DNA of 64,000 bases from an uncultured Gammaproteobacteria bacterium (GCA_963708785.1 CAVPTJ010000010.1:111399-175398); one strand, 5' to 3'; positions 8,696 through 19,076 are shown, numbered from the stretch's first letter. Notes: generated by a model from the letters alone, not told the origin. Program-made: numbers and translations.

Positions 8696-11275
8696 TTATG
8701 CTCCACCACCGGCTTGTCGGCGTGCCATCGCGATTGCTTCAGCGCGCGATGGCACGCCGAGCTTCATCAAGATCGCCGAAACGTGATGGTCGATCGTTTT
8801 CGTCGATACAAACAGGCGCTTGGCGATCGCGGAATTGCGCAGACCTTCTCGAGCAGATCAAGCACTTCCACTTCGCGTTGGGTGAGGCCATGTGGATTGC
8901 GCAACGTTGAGGTACTGAGCCACGAGGAATGCTGCGAACGCCCTTTGCCCGCATCTGTCCGCAGAGCCAATGCTGCTGGCGCGGCGCCGAGCTGCTCGAA
9001 GATCACGAGAGCTTCTCGCTGCTCGACTTCTGTCGTACCACGCAAGCATGCTTGCGTGCTCATAAGGGCAATCCAGCGCTTGCCAGGAGCTTGCCGCACC
9101 ACGCCAGTCGCCAGAAATCTCGCACGCGTAGGTTTCCGGAATATGGTTGGATGTTTTTTTAGAGCTTCGACGCGCCAAAGCCAGGCTGCAAGATCGCCTT
9201 TCATCCGCGGATCTCGTCGCTGGCATACCAATTCGTAGGCTGGCTGCACTGCACTGACGACACCGTTACGATCGCCTGCCAGCCACGCGGCTTCAGCCTC
9301 GATTGCGGCAAGCGTACCGATACGCTGCAGCGACGGCGCAGGTCCAGCGAGCGCCCCTGCTTTTTCGAGCGGCGAGCGCGCATCAGGGTCGCCGCGCCGA
9401 ATGCGTACGAGTCCGAGAATCCTTAGCGCCGGAATGAGGCTGTGTGGTGTGGCGTGTGGATGTCGCACACGGCTTCTGCATCTTCGCTGGCACCGTTCCA
9501 GTCTCCTTGCTCGAATTTCAGGCGAGCCCTAAATGCGAGCATGTAGAGCCACCATGCATCCAGATCGCGCGCTTCGCAGTACACGAGCCCTTCACGAAGG
9601 TGACGCGATGCCCGCTCGTATTCACGACGAGAAATGGCCATAGCGACCAAGCTTGAATAGGCCGCCCCCACTCGATCCGGAAGGTCGGCGGTCATCGCAA
9701 GTTCCAGACTTCGGTCAAGATCGGCCCAACCGTCGGTGTTGCCACTGATGAGTCGCACCGTGCCCAAAGTACACAGCGCATGACTCAGAATTTCAGAATC
9801 TCCCCACGGTTGCGCAAGCGTAATGGCACGCTGTCCCCATTCAACCGCGGCGTGCTCGTCGTGAGATTTCAAATACACGTAGAAGTCCGCTATTTCGCAA
9901 TATGCCATGGCCAGCTCCGGGCTCGCCTCCAGCGACTCGAGTGCGGCGACAGCATCGATTCCGTACTGGCCGGCCGCCACCGTGTCACCGGTAAACGAGC
10001 TCAGTCGCGACAACCACCGCAACGCGTTGTCTTCCTTCCGACGCTGTCCCAAAGCTCGCCAAGTCTCTATCGCCGAGCGCTGGGTTAATGGCGCTTCGTG
10101 CTGGCCGGTCAGATGACACTCGTACGACAGTTGTTCCTGAAGGTTTGCACGCTCCTCAGGCGTGAGACGCGCCGCATACTCAAGCGTTATTTGATAGTGC
10201 GATGTCGCTTCACGATGGGCACCTACCGATGCGGCCTGAGCGGCGGCAATTGGTGCGAAGCGCAAGACTTGCTCTGCATCGCGCGCGCCCCCGGCGTGAT
10301 GTGCGAGACGGGCGACCGGAATGCCAGGCCGCGCCGTAAGACCGCGAGCACCTTCGAGTGCAGATTCTGTAACCGCGGCGGACTTAGCGAGTCGAGGAGC
10401 GCGCGCCGGACAAGCTCGTGGCGAAAGGCTAGAGCGCCCTCCTTGTCACGTACCATGCCCATACTCAGGCAGTCCTCGATTCCCGCTTCATCCGGTTGAA
10501 CCGCTTGCTCAAGCAGCCACGGCTCGGCTTGACCGGGAACAACGCAGACGAGTTCGGCGATTTCGCGTGCCGCCGGAGAAAGCCGGACCGTACGCGCGAG
10601 CACGGCATCGCGAACAGTGACGGGAATGGCGCCTCCATCTGTTGCCAGTACCTCGCTTATGAAGAGAGGGTTGCCACCGGTGGCGTGGTGCAGGCCCTTA
10701 GGAGAGCGGCCGGCTGACTTGGCAAGTTGCGCGACGGCGGATTCAGACAGCGGTCGGAGCGTCATTCGGCGCGTACTCGCGCGCGGCAAGTCGCCGATGA
10801 CGAAGCGCAGTGGATGGCGCGGACCAACCTCGTCATCACGATACGTCACTGCAATCATGACGCGCATGCGATGAATGCGCCTCCCCAAATATTTGATCAG
10901 ATCGAGTGTCGCTTCATCGGCCCAATGCATGTCCTCGAATACGACTAGCGTGCTTTCTCCATGCTCGAGTTCGTCGAGCATGTCGGAGAACATTGCGTTC
11001 CGGTTCGCTCCTGAATTGACAGCTGCGAATAGCGCGCCTTTTGTCTGTCGCGCGATATCGTGCAGCGGAGCGAGCGGCAAAGGAGTAAACAGCGCGTCAC
11101 ATGCCCCCCAGAGAACCGTTGCCCCTTGCTGCCGAATAGAGAACTCCTGCAGCAGAGCGGTCTTCCCAATACCCGCTTCGCCGCCGACAAGTGCGATACA
11201 GCCGCTGCCCTCGGCTGCAGCATGCAGCCATGCCATCAAGTCCGCGAGACATCGTTCGCGCTCGAGCAGTTCCAT
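8696..11275 (-). pseudogene. Large AAA-ATPase (STAND)-TPR-LuxR regulator, multiply frameshifted
   Basis: Walker A GEAGIGKT, Walker B VVFEDMHWAD, GGNPLF, FRHELVR, a TPR-like middle, and a C-terminal HTH NPHGLTQREVEVL...GLRNSAIAKRLFVSTKTIDHHVSAILMKLGV, pieced together across frames; stop TAA 8696-8698. Confidence 0.85.
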
Positions 11276-11607
11276 CGATAATTACCCGGGTGCCAGATGC
11301 GATCGCGCCATTATGGAGCCAATATATAGCGATCGCGCAAAGGACAGACAATCCGCGAACGCCGCTTAAGCACCGTGTCGAATCGCTTTCCTAGCGGCAA
11401 CCACTCGGCAAAGGCCGCTAAGGGTCGTAGACATTCGCTGTTTTACCAAAGCGACAAACAGATCGACGCCCGCGGCTTAACCAGAAAAGGTCAGGTTTTT
11501 ATTGCTGGCCGTCATGACTTTTTAGGCCGCAAGCCGTACATATACTGAATCGCCAGATTTCGTAGACACCAGTCAGCCATAAACTATGGCGATGACGGAG
11601 GTGTTTT

Positions 11608-11880
11608 GTGGGCACGAAGCGATATACGGATGAGTTCAAGATCGAAGCGGTTCGGCAGGTCACCGAGCAGGGTCACCGGGTAGCTGAAGTTGCCGAACGA
11701 TTAGGTGTGACCGCGTTTAGTCTCTACGCATGGAAGCGACAGTTTGGTAAAGGCGAAGTGGTTCGTCGCGTGGAGCAAGACCAGAGCGCTGAGGTACGTC
11801 GTCTTAAAGCTGAGCTGCGACGTGTCACCGAAGAGAGAGACATCCTAAAAAAAGCCGCCGCGTACTTTGCCAAGGGGTAA
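11608..11880 (+). CDS. IS3 transposase OrfA
   Basis: KRYTDEFKIEAVRQV HTH; ERDILKKAAAYF; slippery A7G at 11847-11854. Confidence 0.95.
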   Translation: MGTKRYTDEFKIEAVRQVTEQGHRVAEVAERLGVTAFSLYAWKRQFGKGEVVRRVEQDQSAEVRRLKAELRRVTEERDILKKAAAYFAKG

Positions 11881-11897
11881 AGGCGAAGTACGCCTTC

Positions 11898-12749
11898 ATG
11901 CGTGATCACGCGCGTGAGTTTCGATTGATTGCGATGTGTCGCGTGCTGGGTGTCCAGCGCAGCGGCTATTACGCGTGGCAGCGTTCACCGCACAGTGCGC
12001 GTGCAAAGGAAGATCAGCGACTACTCGGTCTGATCAAGCACGCGTGGCTGGACAGTGGATCGATCTATGGCCATCGCAAGATCGCCATAGACTTGCGCGA
12101 GCTGGGTGAGGTTTGCAGTCGTCATCGCGTGCGGCGTTTGATGAAGCAAGACGGCCTGCGTGCGCTGGTGGGCTACGGCAAGCGTCCGCGTGCCTTGAAC
12201 GGTCCGACCGGTGCAGTTGCCGGCAACGTGCTGTCGCGTGCGTTTAATGCGCCCGCTCCGAACCAGAGCTGGGTTACCGACATTACTTACATCCGAACCT
12301 ACGAGGGATTTCTCTATCTGGCCGTCGTGCTCGATCTGTTCTCGCGTCAAATCGTCGGCTGGGCCACGCGTTCCACACCGCACACCGATCTGGTGTTGCA
12401 GGCGTTACTCGCGGCGGTGTGGCGACGTAAACCCAAGGCAGGCTTGCTGCTGCACTCCGATCAGGGTTGCCAGTTCACCAGCCAGGATTGGCAGAGCTTC
12501 CTCAAAGCGCACGGCATCGTGTGCAGCATGAGTCGGCGTGGCAACTGTCACGACAACGCCGCGATGGAAAGCTTTTTCCAGTTACTCAAACGAGAGCGGA
12601 TCAAGCGAAAGATCTACAACACGCAAGATGAAGCACGCAGCGACGTGTTCGATTACATCGAGATGTTCTACAACCCGAAACGACGACACAGTGCCAATGG
12701 TGGCGTGTCTCCGGTAGAGTTTGAGAAGCGGTACTTACTAAGCGGCTGA
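11898..12749 (+). CDS. IS3 transposase OrfB (DDE integrase core)
   Basis: WVTDITY, LDLFSR, HSDQGCQF, CHDNAAMESFF, YNPKRRHS. Confidence 0.95.
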   Translation: MRDHAREFRLIAMCRVLGVQRSGYYAWQRSPHSARAKEDQRLLGLIKHAWLDSGSIYGHRKIAIDLRELGEVCSRHRVRRLMKQDGLRALVGYGKRPRALNGPTGAVAGNVLSRAFNAPAPNQSWVTDITYIRTYEGFLYLAVVLDLFSRQIVGWATRSTPHTDLVLQALLAAVWRRKPKAGLLLHSDQGCQFTSQDWQSFLKAHGIVCSMSRRGNCHDNAAMESFFQLLKRERIKRKIYNTQDEARSDVFDYIEMFYNPKRRHSANGGVSPVEFEKRYLLSG

Positions 12750-13339
12750 AAGCTGTCTACAGAAAGCTGGGCGATTCAATCGGTCTTTCGCCCTCGCGTT
12801 TCATCGTTACGCTACCTTTCCTAGATTCGATGTGACCCATCTGGGCACAGAATGAAATCAAAAGCGTTCGCGGCGCTAGTTTTCGTTTGGTTTGCTGGGG
12901 CCTTGGCTCGTATCCGCAGATGAGGGATCGGCCGAGAAGCTAGGCTCAAGCACCCCGGCGATTCCGGCGCGCAACGAAGTCGTGACAATAATCGAATCTA
13001 CCACTACGCTTGGGAGCGCCTATGAGTTTAGCGTCCGAAGCTGACCGGTGAACGGTAATCAGCGCAATTTTGCAGCTAGGTAGATTCTCCGAAAAACCAA
13101 GCGATGCCTCCGTCCAGGACTTTGTGCGTCATCGATTCTTGTTGCAGACCTCCGGTAAGAATCCAGCAAGAAGTCATACTCCGAGCAGTGCCACATTCAA
13201 TCCTTACTCTGGGCGGTAACTGAAATGAGTGCTTCCGCTACCGGGCGCGGACAACCGTATTTCCTGGGTAATGAGGCGGGTAACGCATCGGCCGAAAGAC
13301 GACCAACTCCTAGCTTATCTGTAACTTACACAGCAAGAC

Positions 13340-13362
13340 CGAGTCCTCTCCTGGGGGCACCA
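13340..13362 (+). mobile_element. 3' fragment of a tRNA-Leu gene, probable att site closing the island
   Basis: CGAGTCCTCTCCTGGGGGCACCA resembles the T-arm/acceptor/CCA end of proteobacterial tRNA-Leu(CAG) as recalled (...TTCGAGTCCTCTCCTGGGCACCA). There is no 5' tRNA half upstream, and base composition changes here. Confidence 0.75.
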
Positions 13363-13667
13363 TTTCACGATCAATGGCCTGATGCCGCTAAATGTGGCAT
13401 TTTGCACATTTATACAATCTCGCCAGACTCGCCATCGAGAGCGAATCCCACTGACCAATTCGGCAATTCTCTTCCAGACGCCGGATCAGCGAGCCGCAGA
13501 TGTAGCCGACAAGATATTTCTGCGGCAACGAGCGAACGCGACAGCGTGAAGAACATCGACCCGACGCGCGCGAGCGTGCCAATGCGCGCTCTGGAAAGAC
13601 TTAACGAGCCATATGGTACTTGCAAGGTCGGAATAGAATGTCTCGCCTTTGTTCGCGAGCTCACCCA

Positions 13668-16589
13668 ATGAAAGCGTCCGCAGTGTTTCCCGACGTCTCT
13701 CGCATGCGAGCAACGTTTCTTATCGTCGCCTCTTCGTTCCTGGCATTCGCGGCGAGCGCGGGCGCGGCAGGTGTCACGAAATCTGATTTCGCACCTGCGC
13801 GCAATCTGGTGACCGAGAACGTGGACGTAAGCCGAGCCACACGTCTCGCCGAGCCTCCGACGCAGTGGTTCACGCGAGCGGCGGACGTCGCTGCAGCTCC
13901 GGGCGATCTCACGCTGCGCGGCCTGAGCGTGGTTCTCAACCGGCCATCGGAAAGAGAACAAGCGCTCCAGGAACGGCTTGTGCAACTGCAGGATCCGCGA
14001 TCGCCGCAGTACCACCGCTGGCTTTCACCGACCGACTTCGGCAAACAGTACGGCAGTTCCGACGAGGACATCGAAGCGGTAACGAAGTGGCTCTCCGCGG
14101 CGGGAGTGCACGTCGACCGCATTTCGAACAACCGGTCGCAGATTTTTTTCAGCGGAACCGTCTCCGTCATCGAAAATGCGTTCGCGACGCCGCTGCACGT
14201 CTTCAGCCGCGATGGCGACGTGCGCATCGGCAACACGCGCGAGCCGCAAATTCCCGATGCGCTGCTTCCCGCCATCCATTCCATCCGCGGATTGCACGCG
14301 TGGAAACAGCACCGGACGGCAAGCGCCGTTCGAAAATCTCTCTCGACTTCTGCATCCGTCAAAAGACCCGCCGACACCTATTGCCCGAACGGCGGTGCGT
14401 GCTCTTACACGGTTTTCCCCGCGGATTTCGCGAAAATCTACGACCTCGATGCGGCCAACGTAAGCGGTCTTACCGGCAGCGGCCAGACGATAGCGATCGT
14501 GGGCCGCGCACGCATCGACCCGAGCGATCTGACCAACTTCCAGAAAATCACCGCCATCACGTTCGGTGCGCCAACGGTCATCGTGCCGCCGGACGGAGTC
14601 GACCCGGGCAGCGCCGCAACCACGTGCACGACGTCGAATCCCGACACCTGCGATTCACCGCCGGATGCGGTGCTCGATCAGGTCGAGGCTACGCTGGATG
14701 TCGAGCGTGCGGCGAGCATTGCTCCGCAAGCGACGATTCTTCTTATCGTCAGTTCCGACGTGAAGGCATCCAACGGCACCTTGCTGGATGACGGCAGCGA
14801 TATCGCCACCCAGTACGCCATCGATACGGACCCTGTGCCGGCGAAGATCCTGAGCATCAGCTTCGGCGTGTGCGAAGCCGACGTCGGGCGCGCCGGAACG
14901 GCAGAAGAAGATTCGCTTTTTCAGCAGGCGGCAGCGGAAGGTATTTCGGTGTTCGTCTCGTCGGGCGATGCCGGCGCTGCCGGTTGCGGCGGCGATTCGG
15001 GCAGCACGCCGACCGCGAATCAAACGCTCAGCATCAATGCGTTGTGCGCGTCGGGTTATGTCACCTGCGTCGGCGGCACCGAATTCGCCGATACCAATGA
15101 TCCGAGTTTGTATTGGGCGGCATCCGATGGAGTGAATTTCGTTTCAGCGCTCGGCTACATACCGGAAGGCGTGTGGAACGATCCGCTGGACGACAACGGA
15201 AAGCCGCAATACGCGGCGTCGGGCGGCGGCGTCAGCGTTTACCTGCCGACGCCAAGCTGGCAAACCGGTGTCGGCGTTCCCGGCAGCCAAGGCCGCTACG
15301 TGCCGGACATCGCATTCGCCGCCTCCAGCCGCGAATCCTATTTCACGTGCATCGCGGCACGGGGCGGATCTTGCGTCCTGGACAGCAACAACGAGTTCAA
15401 CTTCATCGGCGGCGGCGGCACGTCGGCAGCCACGCCGAGCATGGCTGCCATCACGGCCCTGCTCGATCAGCAAACAGGCGCTGCGCAGGGAAACTTGAAT
15501 CCGCGCTTGTACGCGCTGGCGGCGAACGCGGGCAACGGCGTGTTCCACGACGTCACCATCGCCAGCAGCGGCGTGGCGAACTGCTCCGTCGCCGTTCCGA
15601 GCTTGTGCAACAACAGCACGCCGGGACCGGACGGGCTGAGCGGCGGCCTTGCCGGTTACCTCGCCGGCGTCGGCTATGACGAGACCACCGGGCTGGGTTC
15701 GCTCGACGTCGGCAACTTCATCGCGAACTGGAACGTGCAGACGTCGAGCGGCGTGAACCTCGATCAGCATGGTTTGACCGGATCGTGGTACAACCCGTCG
15801 ACGAGCGGACAGGGATTCGAGATTGAAGTCTATCCCGACGCTGCCGGCGCCGGCGAAGGCATCTTCACCGCAGGATGGTTCACCTATGACGTGGTCGCCG
15901 GCGGTGGACCGCGATGGTATTTCTTGTCCGGCAACGTGAGCAGCGCGGACACCACCGCTGAGCTTGAGATCGCTGCCAACTACGGCGGAAATTTCAATGC
16001 GCCCTCGCCGATGATAAGCAAGCAACTGCTCGGCACGGCCACCGTCCATTTCAGCGATTGCAACCACGGCACCCTGGTGTACAGCTTCACCGACGGAAGC
16101 GGTCGCGCCGGCACGGTGCCGCTCGCGCGAATCGATCCCAACACCGGCTGCGGCGCGAGCGGTGACAGCGGCGCAGACCCGGCGAACTCGCTGCTTTCCG
16201 GGAATTGGTACAACAGTGCAACCAGCGGACAAGGATTGATCTTCGACATCAGTCCGAGCGTCACCAACCTGTTCGCGGCCTGGTATACCTTTGCGGCCGA
16301 CGGTGCGTCGATCGGCGGCCCGGCAAGTCAACGCTGGTATACATTGCAATTCGGACAGTTCTCGTCCAGCACGACATCGGCTACCGTGCCCATTTACGCC
16401 ACGAGCGGCGGCAAATTCGACGACCCGGCACCAGTCACGGCGATCCAGGTCGGCACGGCGGACGTCAGTTTCCAAAGCTGCACATCCCTCACTCTTGCCT
16501 ACCACTTCACCGGTGGCGAGAACGATGGGTTGAACGGAACCATCAATCTCACTCGCGCCGGCCCGACACCGGCGGGCTGCAAACTGTAG
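13668..16589 (+). CDS. Secreted S53 (sedolisin) serine peptidase with prodomain and duplicated C-terminal domain
   Basis: Prodomain DP.SPQYHRWLSP..F...YG; EATLD (Glu/Asp), SSGD (oxyanion), GGTSAATP (Ser), GYDETTGLGS (Ca). Start may be 13704. Confidence 0.92.
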   Translation: MKASAVFPDVSRMRATFLIVASSFLAFAASAGAAGVTKSDFAPARNLVTENVDVSRATRLAEPPTQWFTRAADVAAAPGDLTLRGLSVVLNRPSEREQALQERLVQLQDPRSPQYHRWLSPTDFGKQYGSSDEDIEAVTKWLSAAGVHVDRISNNRSQIFFSGTVSVIENAFATPLHVFSRDGDVRIGNTREPQIPDALLPAIHSIRGLHAWKQHRTASAVRKSLSTSASVKRPADTYCPNGGACSYTVFPADFAKIYDLDAANVSGLTGSGQTIAIVGRARIDPSDLTNFQKITAITFGAPTVIVPPDGVDPGSAATTCTTSNPDTCDSPPDAVLDQVEATLDVERAASIAPQATILLIVSSDVKASNGTLLDDGSDIATQYAIDTDPVPAKILSISFGVCEADVGRAGTAEEDSLFQQAAAEGISVFVSSGDAGAAGCGGDSGSTPTANQTLSINALCASGYVTCVGGTEFADTNDPSLYWAASDGVNFVSALGYIPEGVWNDPLDDNGKPQYAASGGGVSVYLPTPSWQTGVGVPGSQGRYVPDIAFAASSRESYFTCIAARGGSCVLDSNNEFNFIGGGGTSAATPSMAAITALLDQQTGAAQGNLNPRLYALAANAGNGVFHDVTIASSGVANCSVAVPSLCNNSTPGPDGLSGGLAGYLAGVGYDETTGLGSLDVGNFIANWNVQTSSGVNLDQHGLTGSWYNPSTSGQGFEIEVYPDAAGAGEGIFTAGWFTYDVVAGGGPRWYFLSGNVSSADTTAELEIAANYGGNFNAPSPMISKQLLGTATVHFSDCNHGTLVYSFTDGSGRAGTVPLARIDPNTGCGASGDSGADPANSLLSGNWYNSATSGQGLIFDISPSVTNLFAAWYTFAADGASIGGPASQRWYTLQFGQFSSSTTSATVPIYATSGGKFDDPAPVTAIQVGTADVSFQSCTSLTLAYHFTGGENDGLNGTINLTRAGPTPAGCKL

Positions 16590-16768
16590 AAGGTCGATTG
16601 CGATTTCTGAAATACGCTTGCACCCCCGCGCCGGCGCATATATCGGATCGGATGCGGCCACCTGGACACCGGCATTGTCATTTCGCTTGGCCTTCGAGCG
16701 GCACTTCGAGGGCACGTCTTTTGCTCGGGAAATACGGGCTCTTTTCCGACGAACACATGGAGGTTGTC

Positions 16769-17785
16769 ATGAGCAGGAATGCAGAATTTTCCTCAGAGCG
16801 GCGCGAGTGGATGACCACCGCCGCGGCCGGCGTGGCGGTTGCCGGTCTCGGCGGCAGCAGCGCCGCGCACGGTGCGGCGCAATCGTCGAATCTGCCTGCG
16901 CCGATGCCGCTGCGCAATCCGACCGAGCTGTACAAGAAGCCGCCGTTCGAAGCGCAATCGCAGGAATGGCCGGGCCTTGCCAGCAAGATGAATCCGCCGC
17001 CGGATCATGGCGAGAAGAGCTACGTCGGACGCGGACGGCTGACCGGCCGCAAGGCGCTCATCACCGGCGGCGATTCGGGCATCGGCCGCGCCGCGGCGAT
17101 AGCGTTCGCGCGCGAAGACGCCGATGTCGCCATCGGCTATTACCCGAGCGAAGAACCCGATGCGCAGGACGTGGCCAAATTGATCCGCGATGCGGGCCGC
17201 AAAGCGGTGCTGTTACCCGGCGACATCCGCGACGAGAATTTCTGCAAGAAGCTCGTCGCCGACGCCGTGACGCAACTCGGCGGTCTGGATCTGCTGGTCA
17301 GCAATGCCGCGCGTCAGCAATCGCGCGATTCGATCCTCGACATCAGCACCGAGGATTTCGACTGGACCTTCAAGACGAACGTGTACGCGATGTTCTGGAT
17401 CACCAAGGCGGCGATCCCGCACATGCCGCCCGGCTCGGCGATCATCAACACCGCATCCATCAACGCCTACGATCCGGGCGAGAACATCATCGACTACGCC
17501 GCGACCAAGGGCGCAATCATGATCTTCACCAAAGGTCTGGCCAAGCAGATGGTAAAAAAAGGAATCCGCGTGAATGCGGTCGCGCCCGGCCCGTTCTGGA
17601 CGCCGCTGCAGGTTTCGGGTGGCCAAACACAGGAAAAGCTCACCAAGTTCGGCGGCGACACGCCGATGGGCCGACCCGGCCAGCCGGCAGAGATCGCGTA
17701 TCTCTACGTCGATCTCGCAGCGAGCGAAGCGAGCTACGTTACAGGACAGGTATTTGCTGCGACGGGCGGACGCGGCGGTCCGTAA
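16769..17785 (+). CDS. SDR oxidoreductase, YghA/YhdF-like, with a Tat-like N-terminus
   Basis: RBS GGAGG; PDHGEKSYVGRGRLTGRKALITGGDSGIG; DYAATK; NAVAPGPFWT; PMGRPGQPAE. Confidence 0.9.
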   Translation: MSRNAEFSSERREWMTTAAAGVAVAGLGGSSAAHGAAQSSNLPAPMPLRNPTELYKKPPFEAQSQEWPGLASKMNPPPDHGEKSYVGRGRLTGRKALITGGDSGIGRAAAIAFAREDADVAIGYYPSEEPDAQDVAKLIRDAGRKAVLLPGDIRDENFCKKLVADAVTQLGGLDLLVSNAARQQSRDSILDISTEDFDWTFKTNVYAMFWITKAAIPHMPPGSAIINTASINAYDPGENIIDYAATKGAIMIFTKGLAKQMVKKGIRVNAVAPGPFWTPLQVSGGQTQEKLTKFGGDTPMGRPGQPAEIAYLYVDLAASEASYVTGQVFAATGGRGGP

Positions 17786-18324
17786 CCGCTCGACAACAAC
17801 GGCCGACGCCACGAGGCGAGCACGAAATCGCGGTCCGCGTGCTCGTCCGTGCGTTCCAGGCCCAGCCAGTGTTCGAGGATCTCGTGTGCGGCGTCGCCTG
17901 AAAAATCCGATTCCGGAATCGGATGGCGCCAATGGCAGGCGATGATTTCGCCGCCCGCTTCCAGCGACTGCGCCGCACACGCGGCCAGCGTCGCGATCGA
18001 AACCTTCGGAAGGTAGTAAAGAAATTCCGCTAGCACGATGAGATCGAATTTTTCCCGCGGCCACTGCGTCGGCACGCACGTGTGCTCGATCGCCACGCCG
18101 CGGTGATGCGCAAGGCGCTGGCGCGCGCGCTCGACCGTGGCGGCGTCCGCATCCGTTGCCAACAGGCGCGTGCAGCGACGCGCGAGCAATTCGGTGAGAT
18201 GTCCGTATCCGCAACCGGGTTCGAATGCGCTTTCATAGTGCTCGCGCGCCAACAGAGCGATCGTGCAGGCGCGTTTGCGCCGCTCGTACGCCGAATGCGT
18301 GTAGTGCGCTTCGCTCAGGCGCAT
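17734..18324 (-). CDS. SAM-dependent methyltransferase, NodS-like
   Basis: YERRKR, FEPGCGYG, FDLIVLAEFLYY, ACHWRHP. Confidence 0.85.
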   Translation of the reverse strand: MRLSEAHYTHSAYERRKRACTIALLAREHYESAFEPGCGYGHLTELLARRCTRLLATDADAATVERARQRLAHHRGVAIEHTCVPTQWPREKFDLIVLAEFLYYLPKVSIATLAACAAQSLEAGGEIIACHWRHPIPESDFSGDAAHEILEHWLGLERTDEHADRDFVLASWRRPLLSSGYGPPRPPVAANTCPVT

Positions 18325-19076
18325 ATCAGCGTCTCAAATGGGCGCTCGAAGTAGGCGAGCGTGGCATCGGAAAGAATCGGTGTCTGCGGCACGTCCGGAT
18401 CGACGGTGCGCTGCGTCTGGAAACGCGACAATGCGCAACGTTTGGCAAGCCGCGCGCGCGGCGTCAGCGCTACGCGAAACACCTGTGCCAGCGGCAGGTC
18501 CGGCGCCTCCGGCGTCGCCCAGTTCCAGAACCACACCGGGAAAAAAGCCCGTCGGCATTGCCGTTGCTGCGCCGCAATTCGCACCGCGCGACCACACGCT
18601 TCGTGATCCGGATGACCGTCGCGCCACCACGTGGTCACGACCAGATCGTCCGGTGCGAGACGCCGCAGAATCGCCGCGATCAGTTCGTCTTCGTCATGCG
18701 CCAGTTCGCCATCCGGCAACTGCAGACGATCGATGCGCTCGCGCTCGCCGCCGAGCAGTTCGAACGCCGCTTCGCTTTCGCGCACGCGCTGCGATCGCAA
18801 GCGGGCGCGGTTCATGCTGCGCGAACCGGCGTGACTGGCCTCGCCGTCGGTCGCCAGGATGAGCTGCACAGGCGCACCGACGTGATGCGCCAGCCGGATG
18901 AGTCCGCCGACACCGAGCACCTCGTCATCCGGATGCGGCGCGATGACCACGAGCCGTCGCGCGCCATCCAGGAAACTCCGCGCGCTTCGCATTTTCGTCG
19001 ATCGCAGACTGCGCGCGCACGACCATTCCCGTTCGCTGCGGCCTGTGCGCTGGATCTCGCCGCTCACGGCATCCAT
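18315..19076 (-). CDS. PIG-L/LmbE-family deacetylase
   Basis: APHPDDE, TDGEASH, DGHPDH; start MDAV at 19076. Confidence 0.9.
   Translation of the reverse strand: MDAVSGEIQRTGRSEREWSCARSLRSTKMRSARSFLDGARRLVVIAPHPDDEVLGVGGLIRLAHHVGAPVQLILATDGEASHAGSRSMNRARLRSQRVRESEAAFELLGGERERIDRLQLPDGELAHDEDELIAAILRRLAPDDLVVTTWWRDGHPDHEACGRAVRIAAQQRQCRRAFFPVWFWNWATPEAPDLPLAQVFRVALTPRARLAKRCALSRFQTQRTVDPDVPQTPILSDATLAYFERPFETLICA

Larger units (their letters stand above)
11546..12778 (+). mobile_element. IS3-family insertion sequence (1233 bp)
   Basis: TG...CA ends; IRL TGAATCGCC-AGATTTC-GTAGACACC vs IRR (rc) TGAATCGCCCAGCTTTCTGTAGACAGC; orfA and orfB inside. Confidence 0.95.

Noticed and set aside
5737-11494. 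Inverted 10-mer CTGACCTTTT (5737-5746) / AAAAGGTCAG (11485-11494) bracketing the DUF4242-LuxR module
   Set aside because: Position is suggestive, but 10 bp can occur by chance; no target duplication or cognate transposase seen.
12779-13330. Possible gene or integrase remnant, including a short signal-peptide-like ORF MKSKAFAALVFVWFAG
   Set aside because: Stops after 23 codons; no recognisable domain.
13300-13365. Complete tRNA gene
   Set aside because: Only the 3' 23 nt match; no D-arm, anticodon arm or 5' acceptor strand.
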